Assembly (NCBI GenBank): GCA_041649675.1
Contig: JBAZMQ010000001.1
Location: 64,792 to 128,791, forward strand
DNA: 64,000 nt
DNA from: Patescibacteria group bacterium
GTDB lineage: Bacteria > Patescibacteriota > Patescibacteriia > Buchananbacterales > UBA6539
Reading direction: 5' to 3'
Shown: positions 9,621-17,810 of the stretch, piece by piece
How the letters are laid out: every line of letters starts with the position of its first letter
Position numbering within the stretch: the first letter of the stretch is position 1
Program-made: the position numbers and the translations under genes
Notes under the pieces: model-generated
Database searches by the model: none
The model's input: only the letters and a program-made list of their open reading frames with translations
Told to the model about the DNA's origin: nothing

Positions 9621-9694
9621 TAAGCTTACAGCTGTTAGCTTATAGCTTTTAGTTAAAATCTTTCTAAAAGCTAACAGTTATAAGCTACAAGCTA
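9621..9694. repeat. Heptamer repeats (TAGCTTN family) in inverted arrangement
   Basis: tagctta tagcttt ... taaaagc taacagt tataagc tacaagc; same family as 6158-6220. Confidence 0.8.
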
Positions 9695-9698
9695 TTCT

Positions 9699-10805
9699 AT
9701 GGCAAAAGACTACTACAAAATTCTTGGAGTACCCAAAAGTGCCTCAGCCGATGAAATTCGGAAGGCTTATTATAAATTGGCCCACCAGCATCATCCGCAC
9801 AAAGGCGGCGATGAGGCTAAAATGAAAGAAATCAATGAAGCTAACGCGGTTTTAGGTAATGCCGAAAAAAGAGCTCAGTATGATAAATATGGTCAGACCT
9901 TTGAGCAAGCCAAGTCTCAGGGCGGGGCAGGGTTTGGTGGCTTTGGTGATTTTTCCGATTTTGCTTCCGCTTTTGGCCAAAATCAAGGTCAGGGTGGAAG
10001 TTTTAATTTTGACTTTGGTGATATGGGTGATATTTTTGGTGATTTATTTGGAATGGGCGGCAGGCGATCAAATCGGTCAGGCGGCAGAAACGCTGGCGCT
10101 GATATTCAGGTTGAATTAACGATTGAATTTTTGCAGGCAGTTTTTGGTACCGAGACCAATATAAATTTAAATAAAGACGTTGTTTGCCAAAAATGCAGTG
10201 GCAGTGGCGCTGAACCCGGAACCAAAACTGTAACTTGCAAAACCTGTAGTGGGACCGGCCAAATTATTCGTAACGTTGGTTTTGGTATTGGCTTTCCCAG
10301 TGCTTGTACGGAATGCTTAGGCAGCGGTAAAAAGGCGGAAAAAGAATGCAGTCAATGTCGCGGTAAAGGTACAACCAAGGAAACCGAAAATATTTTAGTT
10401 AAAATTCCAGCCGGTATTGATGACGGCCAATCAATTCGGTTAAGCGGTAAGGGTCAGGCTGGCCAAAAAGGTGCTAGCGCTGGAGATTTATATTTGAGAA
10501 TTAAAGTCATCCCTGACTCAAGGTTTAAACGGAAAGGTTTTGATATAAAAACTAAAGCTGAGATATCTTTTGTCAAAGCGGCTTTGGGCGGTAAAGTTGA
10601 AATTGACACTTTAGATGGCAAAGTTGATTTAAAAATTCCCGAAGGGACGCAAAGCGGCAAAGTTTTTCAGCTTAAAGGCAGGGGAGTGCCCCATTTACAA
10701 GCCAGAGGCCGAGGTGATCAATTAGTTGAAGTAATTGTTAAAACGCCGACCAAATTAAACCGGCATCAGCGTGATATTTTGAAAGAGTTGGATAATGAAT
10801 TATAA
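9699..10805 (+). CDS. dnaJ: Chaperone DnaJ (J-domain with HPH in place of HPD)
   Basis: KDYY.ILGV J-domain, G/F region with DIF motif, four CxxCxGxG repeats, C-terminal domains. Confidence 0.97.
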   Translation: MAKDYYKILGVPKSASADEIRKAYYKLAHQHHPHKGGDEAKMKEINEANAVLGNAEKRAQYDKYGQTFEQAKSQGGAGFGGFGDFSDFASAFGQNQGQGGSFNFDFGDMGDIFGDLFGMGGRRSNRSGGRNAGADIQVELTIEFLQAVFGTETNINLNKDVVCQKCSGSGAEPGTKTVTCKTCSGTGQIIRNVGFGIGFPSACTECLGSGKKAEKECSQCRGKGTTKETENILVKIPAGIDDGQSIRLSGKGQAGQKGASAGDLYLRIKVIPDSRFKRKGFDIKTKAEISFVKAALGGKVEIDTLDGKVDLKIPEGTQSGKVFQLKGRGVPHLQARGRGDQLVEVIVKTPTKLNRHQRDILKELDNEL

Positions 10806-10855
10806 TTACTGTGAGGGGTGAATAAAATTCTATTTTTGATTCATAAATTTAGTTT

Positions 10856-11503
10856 ATGGTAATCAACTCTGACTTTGCCACCGCCACGGCCTTGAATGTG
10901 ATTAATGTTTTTTCCAATCAAGTAGCCGATACGGCAAACCAGGCTGCCTTTTCGGGCAAAGATTTGTGGTTTAGCTTTTTAGGCATCAATTGGGTAACAC
11001 CAACTTGGGATTTGATTATTTTGCTTTTTTTAATCATTAGTGTTTTAATTTATAGCTTTACCTTAGGCCGCGATCGAATCGTGGCAATTTTAATCAGTAC
11101 TTACCTGGCTTTAGCCGTTACCACTAATTTGCCATTTATGGATAAATTGGCTGCCTGGTTAAATCAAACTCACATTTTTGGTTATCAAATATCAGCCTTT
11201 CTGATTGTTTTTGCAGTTTTGTTTTTAATGCTTTCGCGCAGTACTTTGACCCAAATGATTAGCAATTTGTCGGGCAGTTGGTGGCAGGTAATAATTTTAT
11301 CCTTACTTCAGGTCGGATTATTAATCAGTATAATTCTTTCGTTTTTGCCGCCCTCAGTTTCTAATTCGCTTTCCGATTTTACCAAAATTATTTTTACTAG
11401 TGAGCTAGGCAAGTTTTGTTGGATTGTTTTGCCAATCCTGGCGTTGGTATTTTTTCAGCGCCGGGCCAATAGGTTTGATTTTTCTAAATTTGACTTAGAT
11501 TGA
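10856..11503 (+). CDS. Hypothetical multi-pass membrane protein (possibly CvpA-like)
   Basis: About 5 hydrophobic helices, TWDL motif. Confidence 0.7.
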   Translation: MVINSDFATATALNVINVFSNQVADTANQAAFSGKDLWFSFLGINWVTPTWDLIILLFLIISVLIYSFTLGRDRIVAILISTYLALAVTTNLPFMDKLAAWLNQTHIFGYQISAFLIVFAVLFLMLSRSTLTQMISNLSGSWWQVIILSLLQVGLLISIILSFLPPSVSNSLSDFTKIIFTSELGKFCWIVLPILALVFFQRRANRFDFSKFDLD

Positions 11504-11526
11504 TTTTTTGTTTAAAGTGTTTAACT

Positions 11527-12096
11527 ATGAGTACAAACCAATTTGGTTTAGTTGATTTGGAGTCAGTTAATCCAAAGATAAAAATTGACATTCGTTACGC
11601 TAGCCAAGATAATTTCACAAAGAAAAAACTCTATTCTAGCGCCAGATGTTTTTTACAAAAATCAACGGCTCAAAAATTAAGTGATATCCAAAACAAGCTA
11701 GAAAAGCAAGGATTAGGTTTAAAAATTTGGGATGGCTATCGGCCGCTTTCAGTTCAAAAAGAATTATGGAAGATTATGCCTGACGAGCGTTATATTGCTA
11801 ATCCCCAAACTGGTTCGGATCACAATCGAGGGATTGCCGTTGATTTAACCTTGGTTGATTTGCAGGGCAAGGATTTACTGCTGCCAACGGAATTTGATAA
11901 TTTCAGTCCCAAGGCTCACCGAAATTGTTTTGATTTAACCGAAGAACAGATTAAGAATCGAAAAATTTTGGAAGATATTATGGTCAAAAGCGGTTTTATT
12001 CCTTTTCCGACTGAATGGTGGCATTTTGCCGATAGCGAAGGTAAGGATTTACCAGTTTTGGATATTGATTTTGTGGCCCTATCGTCTAGCGGCTAG
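11527..12096 (+). CDS. D-alanyl-D-alanine dipeptidase (M15D, VanX/DdpX family)
   Basis: DIRYA..NF, DGYRP..VQ, SxH.RG.AVD, EWWHF. Confidence 0.92.
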   Translation: MSTNQFGLVDLESVNPKIKIDIRYASQDNFTKKKLYSSARCFLQKSTAQKLSDIQNKLEKQGLGLKIWDGYRPLSVQKELWKIMPDERYIANPQTGSDHNRGIAVDLTLVDLQGKDLLLPTEFDNFSPKAHRNCFDLTEEQIKNRKILEDIMVKSGFIPFPTEWWHFADSEGKDLPVLDIDFVALSSSG

Positions 12097-12149
12097 GACA
12101 TCAGGTTCTCATCCTGAAAACCGGGGTCCGATTCCCCGTGGGGCTACCA
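12075..12149 (+). tRNA. tRNA-Glu (anticodon CTC), CCA encoded
   Basis: Cloverleaf: acceptor GGCCCTA/TGGGGCT, anticodon arm TCAGG-TTCTCAT-CCTGA, T-arm CGGGG-TCCGATT-CCCCG. Confidence 0.93.
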
Positions 12150-12153
12150 AAGG

Positions 12154-12183
12154 GAACTACTTAGTGAAAAAGTAGTTCTTTTT
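12154..12183 (+). terminator. Terminator after tRNA-Glu
   Basis: GAACTACT/AGTAGTTC stem + T-run. Confidence 0.75.
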
Positions 12184-12329
12184 GTTTTAGTTAAGAGAAG
12201 AAATCGAGTTTGCCACTTTAAAATCGTGGTGGTAAACTTAAAATTGATTAAAAACATTAAATTTGCAATAATTTAAACGATTTGAGTTGAGTTTGTCGCC
12301 AATGCCGGTCGATGAACTATAAATATACT

Positions 12330-13157
12330 ATGTCGGATTTAACTGCTATCGAAAAAAGAAAGCTTGAAAAACATTTTCAAATGGGAGGTGGGGTAGTTTG
12401 CAACTTTTCTAATAGAACTTTTGCAAATCAAGTTTTAGATTCTATTGGTTTAGATGTATATGTTGATAAATATAAAATTTTTGGTGAATCAAAGGCTAAT
12501 CGATTGAGGGCTCTCTGGAAGATCGAGAATAACTATACGATATCAAAACTTCTTATTGGCATTTTAGAATATTGGAAAGCAGAGCGGACTTTACTAAGTG
12601 TTGATGAAAGTATGTGGAGCGAAGCCTTTAACCCTGAGCTACATGAAGAATGTTTAAAAATAGCTGAGCGTTTAAAAAATAATACTGCGATGGGAGATTT
12701 AGATGCCTTAGAACAATATAATCTTGATGATAATTATGAATTATTAACTGATTCGATAAAGACAAGCATACTTAAAGATAAACCCGATCAAGCGATTGAT
12801 AGAATGCATACGTTTACAATAAAACGTATGCGCTTACTTTGTGACAAACACAATATTAAATATAGTAAGGATACTTTTCTCCATACTTTATTTGGTAACT
12901 ACGTGAAATTTTTGGAGGAAAATAAATTGATTCAATCAGAAATGTCATTAAGAATTTTGAAATCGTCAATTTCTATCTTGGACGCCTTTAACTCCGTAAG
13001 GAATAGCCATAGTTTAGCGCACGATAATGAAATTTTAAATAGAAATGAAAGTATACTAATTTTTAGTAATATTTTTAGTCTTATTAAATTTATTGATGCT
13101 ATAGAAGAGAGCTCTTCCAGCAACACAACTAATGAGATTGAGAATATCCCTTTTTAA
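12330..13157 (+). CDS. Abortive infection protein (AbiJ-type N-terminal domain + Abi_C HEPN)
   Basis: MSDLT.IEK.KLE...M.GG.V.NFSNRTF and SKANRLR..W N-terminus; HEPN-like RNSHSLAH. Confidence 0.8.
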   Translation: MSDLTAIEKRKLEKHFQMGGGVVCNFSNRTFANQVLDSIGLDVYVDKYKIFGESKANRLRALWKIENNYTISKLLIGILEYWKAERTLLSVDESMWSEAFNPELHEECLKIAERLKNNTAMGDLDALEQYNLDDNYELLTDSIKTSILKDKPDQAIDRMHTFTIKRMRLLCDKHNIKYSKDTFLHTLFGNYVKFLEENKLIQSEMSLRILKSSISILDAFNSVRNSHSLAHDNEILNRNESILIFSNIFSLIKFIDAIEESSSSNTTNEIENIPF

Positions 13158-14553
13158 TAAATTGTAGTTCGTCATCATAATCAACTCCATCAGGCGTAAC
13201 CCTGATGTTTTTTAATAGACTATCTATCAGCCTGCGCTTTTGTTCTCCGTTGGCTTGCTGGTAAGCGTGAACGGGATCACCCAGCAGACTGGCTAATTCT
13301 AATTTATGATTTAACCCACCGTCATCATTTGGATTAATTCTTTGCAACTCACTTTCAAGCTCAGCTATATTCTTGGCGTACTCGGCCCGCTTCAGGTCAA
13401 ACATATCTCTGGGAATCTCGCCATCTATATTTTTATCAATCAGCTTGCTTAGCCTTAATCTGGCTTGCCCGATTTGAAGAACAATTGATTCCTTCTTTTG
13501 AATCATGGCCAAGGCTAATGATTTTTTGGTTTTATGAGCTTGCTCAATCATCTCATCGACTTGGTCGGGCGTGAACCGTATCTTTGTTAATTCGTCTAAT
13601 ATCCAAGTCTCAACCAACTCTTCCTTTATAGGCTTCATGCTGCACAATTTATTACGGCAGTAGTAATAGTGGTATTTATGCTTTGATGTCGTTGACCGCA
13701 AGCGCTTTCCACAGAGACCGCAACTCAGAATATGGACAAATTTGTATTCGTTGACTTGCAACTTAGGTATTGCATGCCGTTTTTTGACGGCCTGTACTTT
13801 GCTATAAAGTTCTTCCGAGACTAATGGCTGATGTTGCCCTTGAAAGATCTGCCCCTTTACCGTGACAAAGCCCAGGTAATATTTATTATTCAAAAGCGTG
13901 CAGAGCTTTGTATATCTCATTTTATTGCCGAAACTACTCCGTAAGCCTTTGTTAAACATAATGGTCTCTAAATCAAGCAGTGAATATTCGCCAGTGGCAT
14001 ACAGTTTGAAACATTCCGAAATAAGCGGACCCATAATCGGATCCACTACACGTATGCTCTTGCCGCCCTTTACATAACCTGTCGGCACATTGCCGAATGG
14101 CGAATAACCCTGACTCAGCCGTTTGTACATGCCCTCTTTTACCCTGGTACTCAAAACACGAGTGTCATTTACCGCCATGACCGCTTTAACGTCAGCCATC
14201 AGCCTATCGCCGTTACTTTTGAGCTGAATGTTTTCCCGGCTTAGATGGATTTCCAAACCCTCGTCCATCAAATTACTGATTATCGCCCAGTCACGAAAGT
14301 TCCGACTGCTTCGGTCGACATCGTGAAAAATAATACCGGCAATATCATTCCGTGATTCAAGGTCGCCGATCATCTCGTAGAATTTTTTGCGTTTGGCAAT
14401 TTTTGATGCGCTCTGAACTTCCCGAAATTCTTTGGCAATGACAAGACTGTGACTATTCGCGTATGCGACAATAGCTTCACGTTGGGCATCCAAGGATACA
14501 CCGTCCCTTTCCTGCCCCTTTGAACTGACTCGATAATAGCTGAAATATTTCAT
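13129..14553 (-). CDS. Large serine recombinase/integrase
   Basis: YYRVSS catalytic Ser, DRSSRN, P.GY recombinase domain, H.PLVSEE, Zn ribbon CGLCG...YYYC...C, coiled coil. Confidence 0.95.
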   Translation of the reverse strand: MKYFSYYRVSSKGQERDGVSLDAQREAIVAYANSHSLVIAKEFREVQSASKIAKRKKFYEMIGDLESRNDIAGIIFHDVDRSSRNFRDWAIISNLMDEGLEIHLSRENIQLKSNGDRLMADVKAVMAVNDTRVLSTRVKEGMYKRLSQGYSPFGNVPTGYVKGGKSIRVVDPIMGPLISECFKLYATGEYSLLDLETIMFNKGLRSSFGNKMRYTKLCTLLNNKYYLGFVTVKGQIFQGQHQPLVSEELYSKVQAVKKRHAIPKLQVNEYKFVHILSCGLCGKRLRSTTSKHKYHYYYCRNKLCSMKPIKEELVETWILDELTKIRFTPDQVDEMIEQAHKTKKSLALAMIQKKESIVLQIGQARLRLSKLIDKNIDGEIPRDMFDLKRAEYAKNIAELESELQRINPNDDGGLNHKLELASLLGDPVHAYQQANGEQKRRLIDSLLKNIRVTPDGVDYDDELQFIKKGYSQSH

Positions 14554-14634
14554 CGTCGTTGTAATTTGATTATATGAGACAAGCGTTTGATTTCGAATGA
14601 TTTCTGACTATTTCCTGTATGTTGACCGATATTC

Positions 14635-14685
14635 TCTGCATCTCAGTTTCCCGTAACCTTTAGGTTACGGAAACTGAGATGCAGA
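14635..14685. repeat. Near-perfect 24-bp inverted repeat (candidate origin/cruciform)
   Basis: TCTGCATCTCAGTTTCCCGTAACCT-TT-AGGTTACGGAAACTGAGATGCAGA, one bulged C. Confidence 0.85.
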
Positions 14686-14697
14686 ATTAGATTACGG

Positions 14698-15639
14698 CTA
14701 CGTTAGCCGATAAAAATGTTTTCCCTTGACCCCGACTTCCTTCTCAAGTTTTTTATCCTTAACCATCCGATCAAGCAATTCATCTGTAGCCGACTCGCCA
14801 ATTAAACTTTTTACAGATTCAACTAAATCCTGTCTTGATTTGATCCCGTTATCTTTTATCTCTTCGATAATTTTTGTCCAAGCCATGTCATTCTTGTCTT
14901 CCTCCTGCTTTGTCGTTCCTGCATAACTAAATTTTACCGATTTGTCAGATTTATCAATTTTTAACTGGAACGTATCCATCTCTTCGGCGATTCTTAATTT
15001 GCCCTGAGTAACTTCGATAATGGTTTTTTTATTACGTGCGGCAACCATTAAATGACAATCCACAGCAGCCAAAATATCCGACGACCCTCTTAGGTTAATA
15101 TTTGATTGACCACGTTCGTTACCCTTTCTTAAATGGTGGGTAATTATTACAGTAACTCCTAAGTTTGTAATCTTGTTAAACAGCGAAAAAACATCCGACA
15201 CCTGTCCCGCAATATTCTCATCTTTGCCGTGGATTCTAACAAAGCTGTCAATACATACGAGCCTAATTTTTTTAGCTTTTATGAACCTTAGTAAGTCTTC
15301 TTCGTCTTCAAGTTTATCAATCCGAAACCCATGTTTACTGGAGATGTGAATCACTCCCTTATTTGTCATGTTGACTAACTTGAACCGTTCCTTCATAAAA
15401 CTTAAATTATTTTCCTCATCGATTATCAGCACCTTCCCTTTTAAACAGTCAAATTGGTCAAATAGTTTTTCACCAAGTGAAACAGATTTTGCAATTTCGA
15501 TCAGTATCCAGGTTTTAAAGTTTCCAGGATGGCCAGACAGAATTGTGATTCCTTGGGCAGGAATTAAATCCTTAATTAACCATTTCGGTGCTTTTAGATT
15601 TTTGCGCAATAATTTTGCGACTGCTATAGTATGTAACAT
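14698..15639 (-). CDS. AAA_25 / RepA-like (RecA-fold) helicase with C-terminal wHTH
   Basis: WLI..LIP..G, Walker A GHPGNFKT, IDEEN, CIDS, HHLRK, RGSS...AAVD. Confidence 0.88.
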   Translation of the reverse strand: MLHTIAVAKLLRKNLKAPKWLIKDLIPAQGITILSGHPGNFKTWILIEIAKSVSLGEKLFDQFDCLKGKVLIIDEENNLSFMKERFKLVNMTNKGVIHISSKHGFRIDKLEDEEDLLRFIKAKKIRLVCIDSFVRIHGKDENIAGQVSDVFSLFNKITNLGVTVIITHHLRKGNERGQSNINLRGSSDILAAVDCHLMVAARNKKTIIEVTQGKLRIAEEMDTFQLKIDKSDKSVKFSYAGTTKQEEDKNDMAWTKIIEEIKDNGIKSRQDLVESVKSLIGESATDELLDRMVKDKKLEKEVGVKGKHFYRLT

Positions 15640-15684
15640 ACAAGTTTAGATTATTGAGATTAATTAGAACGACTAAAACTAAAA

Positions 15685-15786
15685 CTAGCCAGGCCCATCT
15701 CGGCAATTAAAAAACATCTCGTCATAAATTTCTAAAATAACGTCTATATATTCATATGATATTTTTTGCTGTTGCTTGTATTGCAT
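15685..15786 (-). CDS. Possible 33-aa ORF (MQYKQQQKISYEYIDVILEIYDEMFFNCRDGPG)
   Basis: ATG just after the leader terminator, upstream of the helicase; no recognisable homology. Confidence 0.3.
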   Translation of the reverse strand: MQYKQQQKISYEYIDVILEIYDEMFFNCRDGPG

Positions 15787-15797
15787 AAAAAATAAAC

Positions 15798-15963
15798 AAA
15801 AAAAGCCCGCAACAGCATATGAACTAAGTGTTCACACACTATTGCGGGCTCCTTACCGCTTCTGACCATCACTCGCGATGGATTTTCCTACAAAAATGTA
15901 GTACCGTCTTTAATTTTTAATATTCAATTTAGTCACCTTACACCTTATTTTAAAAAAAGTCAA
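15798..15963 (-). promoter_or_regulatory. Promoter (TTGACT-17-TAAGGT), boxA-like motif, structured leader and strong terminator upstream of the helicase/recombinase genes
   Basis: -35 at 15963-15958, -10 at 15940-15935, TTGAATATTAAAAATTA at 15927-15911, AGCCCGCAA/TTGCGGGCT + T-run. Confidence 0.65.
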
Positions 15964-15981
15964 GACTAAGCCTGTGTATAA

Positions 15982-16476
15982 TTATTTTAATTTTAATAAA
16001 AAATCTACAATAAATTTTACAAAAGGCTCACTTTTTTCCTGGGCAAATTTTTTGGCTTTACGCTCATCTTCAATAAAAAGGGAATCTCGTTCTATTGGAG
16101 GTTGTCCAGTTTTTTTATCAATAATTAATTGATTGAATCGATCAATCTCATCGGCATAATCATAAATACCGTCTACGGCTATACTGTTATATGTTCCACA
16201 TTCACAGATGGCAGCCATCTCTTCATATTTAACAACTAATGTGGTTTTATTCCCAACTTTCATTTTTGCTCGACTACCGTGTATATCTGCAACAATCATT
16301 TTTTTGCAATTAGAACAAACCCAAGTTTCAATTCCAGCCTCAGGGTTAATCTGTATTCTACCGTTTGTTATAATTTCATTTGTAGGCCTTGCCTTATTCG
16401 CCTCTTCAAGTGATCCAAAAATTTTGATTTTTTCTTGGTTGATAGAATCTAGTAATTTTTTATTCATGTAAGTCAT
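15982..16476 (-). CDS. Hypothetical protein with Zn ribbon (CSNC...CECG)
   Basis: Two Cys pairs; 164-aa ORF inside the element. Confidence 0.65.
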   Translation of the reverse strand: MTYMNKKLLDSINQEKIKIFGSLEEANKARPTNEIITNGRIQINPEAGIETWVCSNCKKMIVADIHGSRAKMKVGNKTTLVVKYEEMAAICECGTYNSIAVDGIYDYADEIDRFNQLIIDKKTGQPPIERDSLFIEDERKAKKFAQEKSEPFVKFIVDFLLKLK

Positions 16477-16848
16477 ACAGTTTAAATTAAATCTACCTTT
16501 ATTTTACACAAAAAAATACCGTTTTGTCCAAACGGAGTCAAATTCAGTCGTATTTTACAAGTTTACCCCTTGGCGATAGGGTAATTCTTTTTTTACTATA
16601 TGCGGCTCTAAATCGTCCGTTTTAACATCCTAGCGCCGTGATTAAACTCGAACTGGCTGTCAATAACGCTAGCCTAAAGCGATCTGAAATTATGAGTTTA
16701 AATACATATAGAGCTTGCCCCGAAATAGCATAGAGAGAATTTAAAGAATATTTTGATCAATTTTTGAGGCTGCAACTGCTATGCTTCGAATGATTTGATT
16801 TAAAATAATCGACAATTTCAGACGTAAAGTATTTGAAGGCAAGTAGTT

Positions 16849-17061
16849 TTACTTTGGCTGAATCATTTCCCAAAGATACTGTTTCTCTAGCTCCAGCGAT
16901 TTTATTTTTGCGTCATGCAGCATTTCCTGATTTTTGATTTCAACATCAATAGCTTCTAGTCGTGCCATTACCTCCAAAAATTTATCCGGATTAACCCCTT
17001 TCTTCGCTCGCTTCTTTCTAAGATGTTTAACGTCCGCTCCTTGAACTTTTTTATTTGTCAT
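16849..17061 (-). CDS. Small basic/coiled-coil hypothetical protein
   Basis: 70 aa, 11 nt downstream of the preceding co-oriented gene. Confidence 0.55.
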   Translation of the reverse strand: MTNKKVQGADVKHLRKKRAKKGVNPDKFLEVMARLEAIDVEIKNQEMLHDAKIKSLELEKQYLWEMIQPK

Positions 17062-17072
17062 ATTGTGTTCGA

Positions 17073-17513
17073 TTATTTATATTTTCTTATACAGTCTACT
17101 TTACAGACACTTCTTTGGGTACCAGTTAAATTATTATCACTGCATTCATTTATGCAATCTTCGTATTTTGATTGAACCGATATATATTTTTGTCTTGATA
17201 TATATTTAATCGAGTAAACAATGCCGATCAATAATGTTACTACGACTATAGGCACAAATATACCAATAATAAATTGTTTATTAATCGAAGTAGTTTTTAT
17301 ATTACCTAACTGCGGTCTACTTTGTTTAGTCGCTTTCCATATCGATTTAATTATAAAATATAATCCTAAAATATTCAGGGCAAAGGCGATAAATGATGCA
17401 CCACCCCCGACCAGATATCCAACGTAATTACAAACAATAATTAACCCAAAACCAATAGCTAATGATAACAAAAGATTGTCGGTTGTTTTTTCGACAAATT
17501 TTGGTTCTTTCAT
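17073..17513 (-). CDS. Hypothetical 3-TM membrane protein with C-terminal Cx3C...Cx3C
   Basis: Hydrophobic helices; probable start MKEPKF at 17513. Confidence 0.65.
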   Translation of the reverse strand: MKEPKFVEKTTDNLLLSLAIGFGLIIVCNYVGYLVGGGASFIAFALNILGLYFIIKSIWKATKQSRPQLGNIKTTSINKQFIIGIFVPIVVVTLLIGIVYSIKYISRQKYISVQSKYEDCINECSDNNLTGTQRSVCKVDCIRKYK

Positions 17514-17552
17514 AGAGTTAGTTTTAAAAAAATAATTAATATTGTTGTAATC

Positions 17553-17698
17553 AAAAAACCCACCGCTAGGGCGGTAGCTTGCGCTACCCATACTCCTTTC
17601 GGAATATGACCTGGTTAAGGGATACCCTAAACGATGGGATCTATGTCCTTAACCAGGATTTTCAGCCATGCCCCACAAATGCAAGGTTTAGGCTGGTT
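17553..17698 (-). ncRNA. Candidate structured leader RNA/attenuator (GNRA-capped hairpins, 11-bp stem, terminator)
   Basis: Minus strand: CCTGGTTAAGG/CCTTAACCAGG, CATATTCC-GAAA-GGAGTATG, GGTAGC-GCAA-GCTACC, terminator + T6; TACAAT -10 at 17706-17701. Confidence 0.55.
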
Positions 17699-17810
17699 TG
17701 ATTGTACCCATTAATATTAATCTTTTTGCTAAATTTTGTAAATATTCGCTTGATTTTTGGCGTAAAAGGAGCTAATGTAAATTTAAAGCTATAAAAAATA
17801 ACCAATAAAT

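Noticed and set aside
12120-12149. Duplicated tRNA 3' end as attR of the island
   Set aside because: No second copy of the tRNA-Glu 3' end was seen downstream; the boundary repeat lies beyond the tRNA terminator.
17514-17591. Upstream ATG extension of the 3-TM gene
   Set aside because: It runs through the structured leader and terminator, with the SD only 1 nt from the ATG; 17513 is more plausible.
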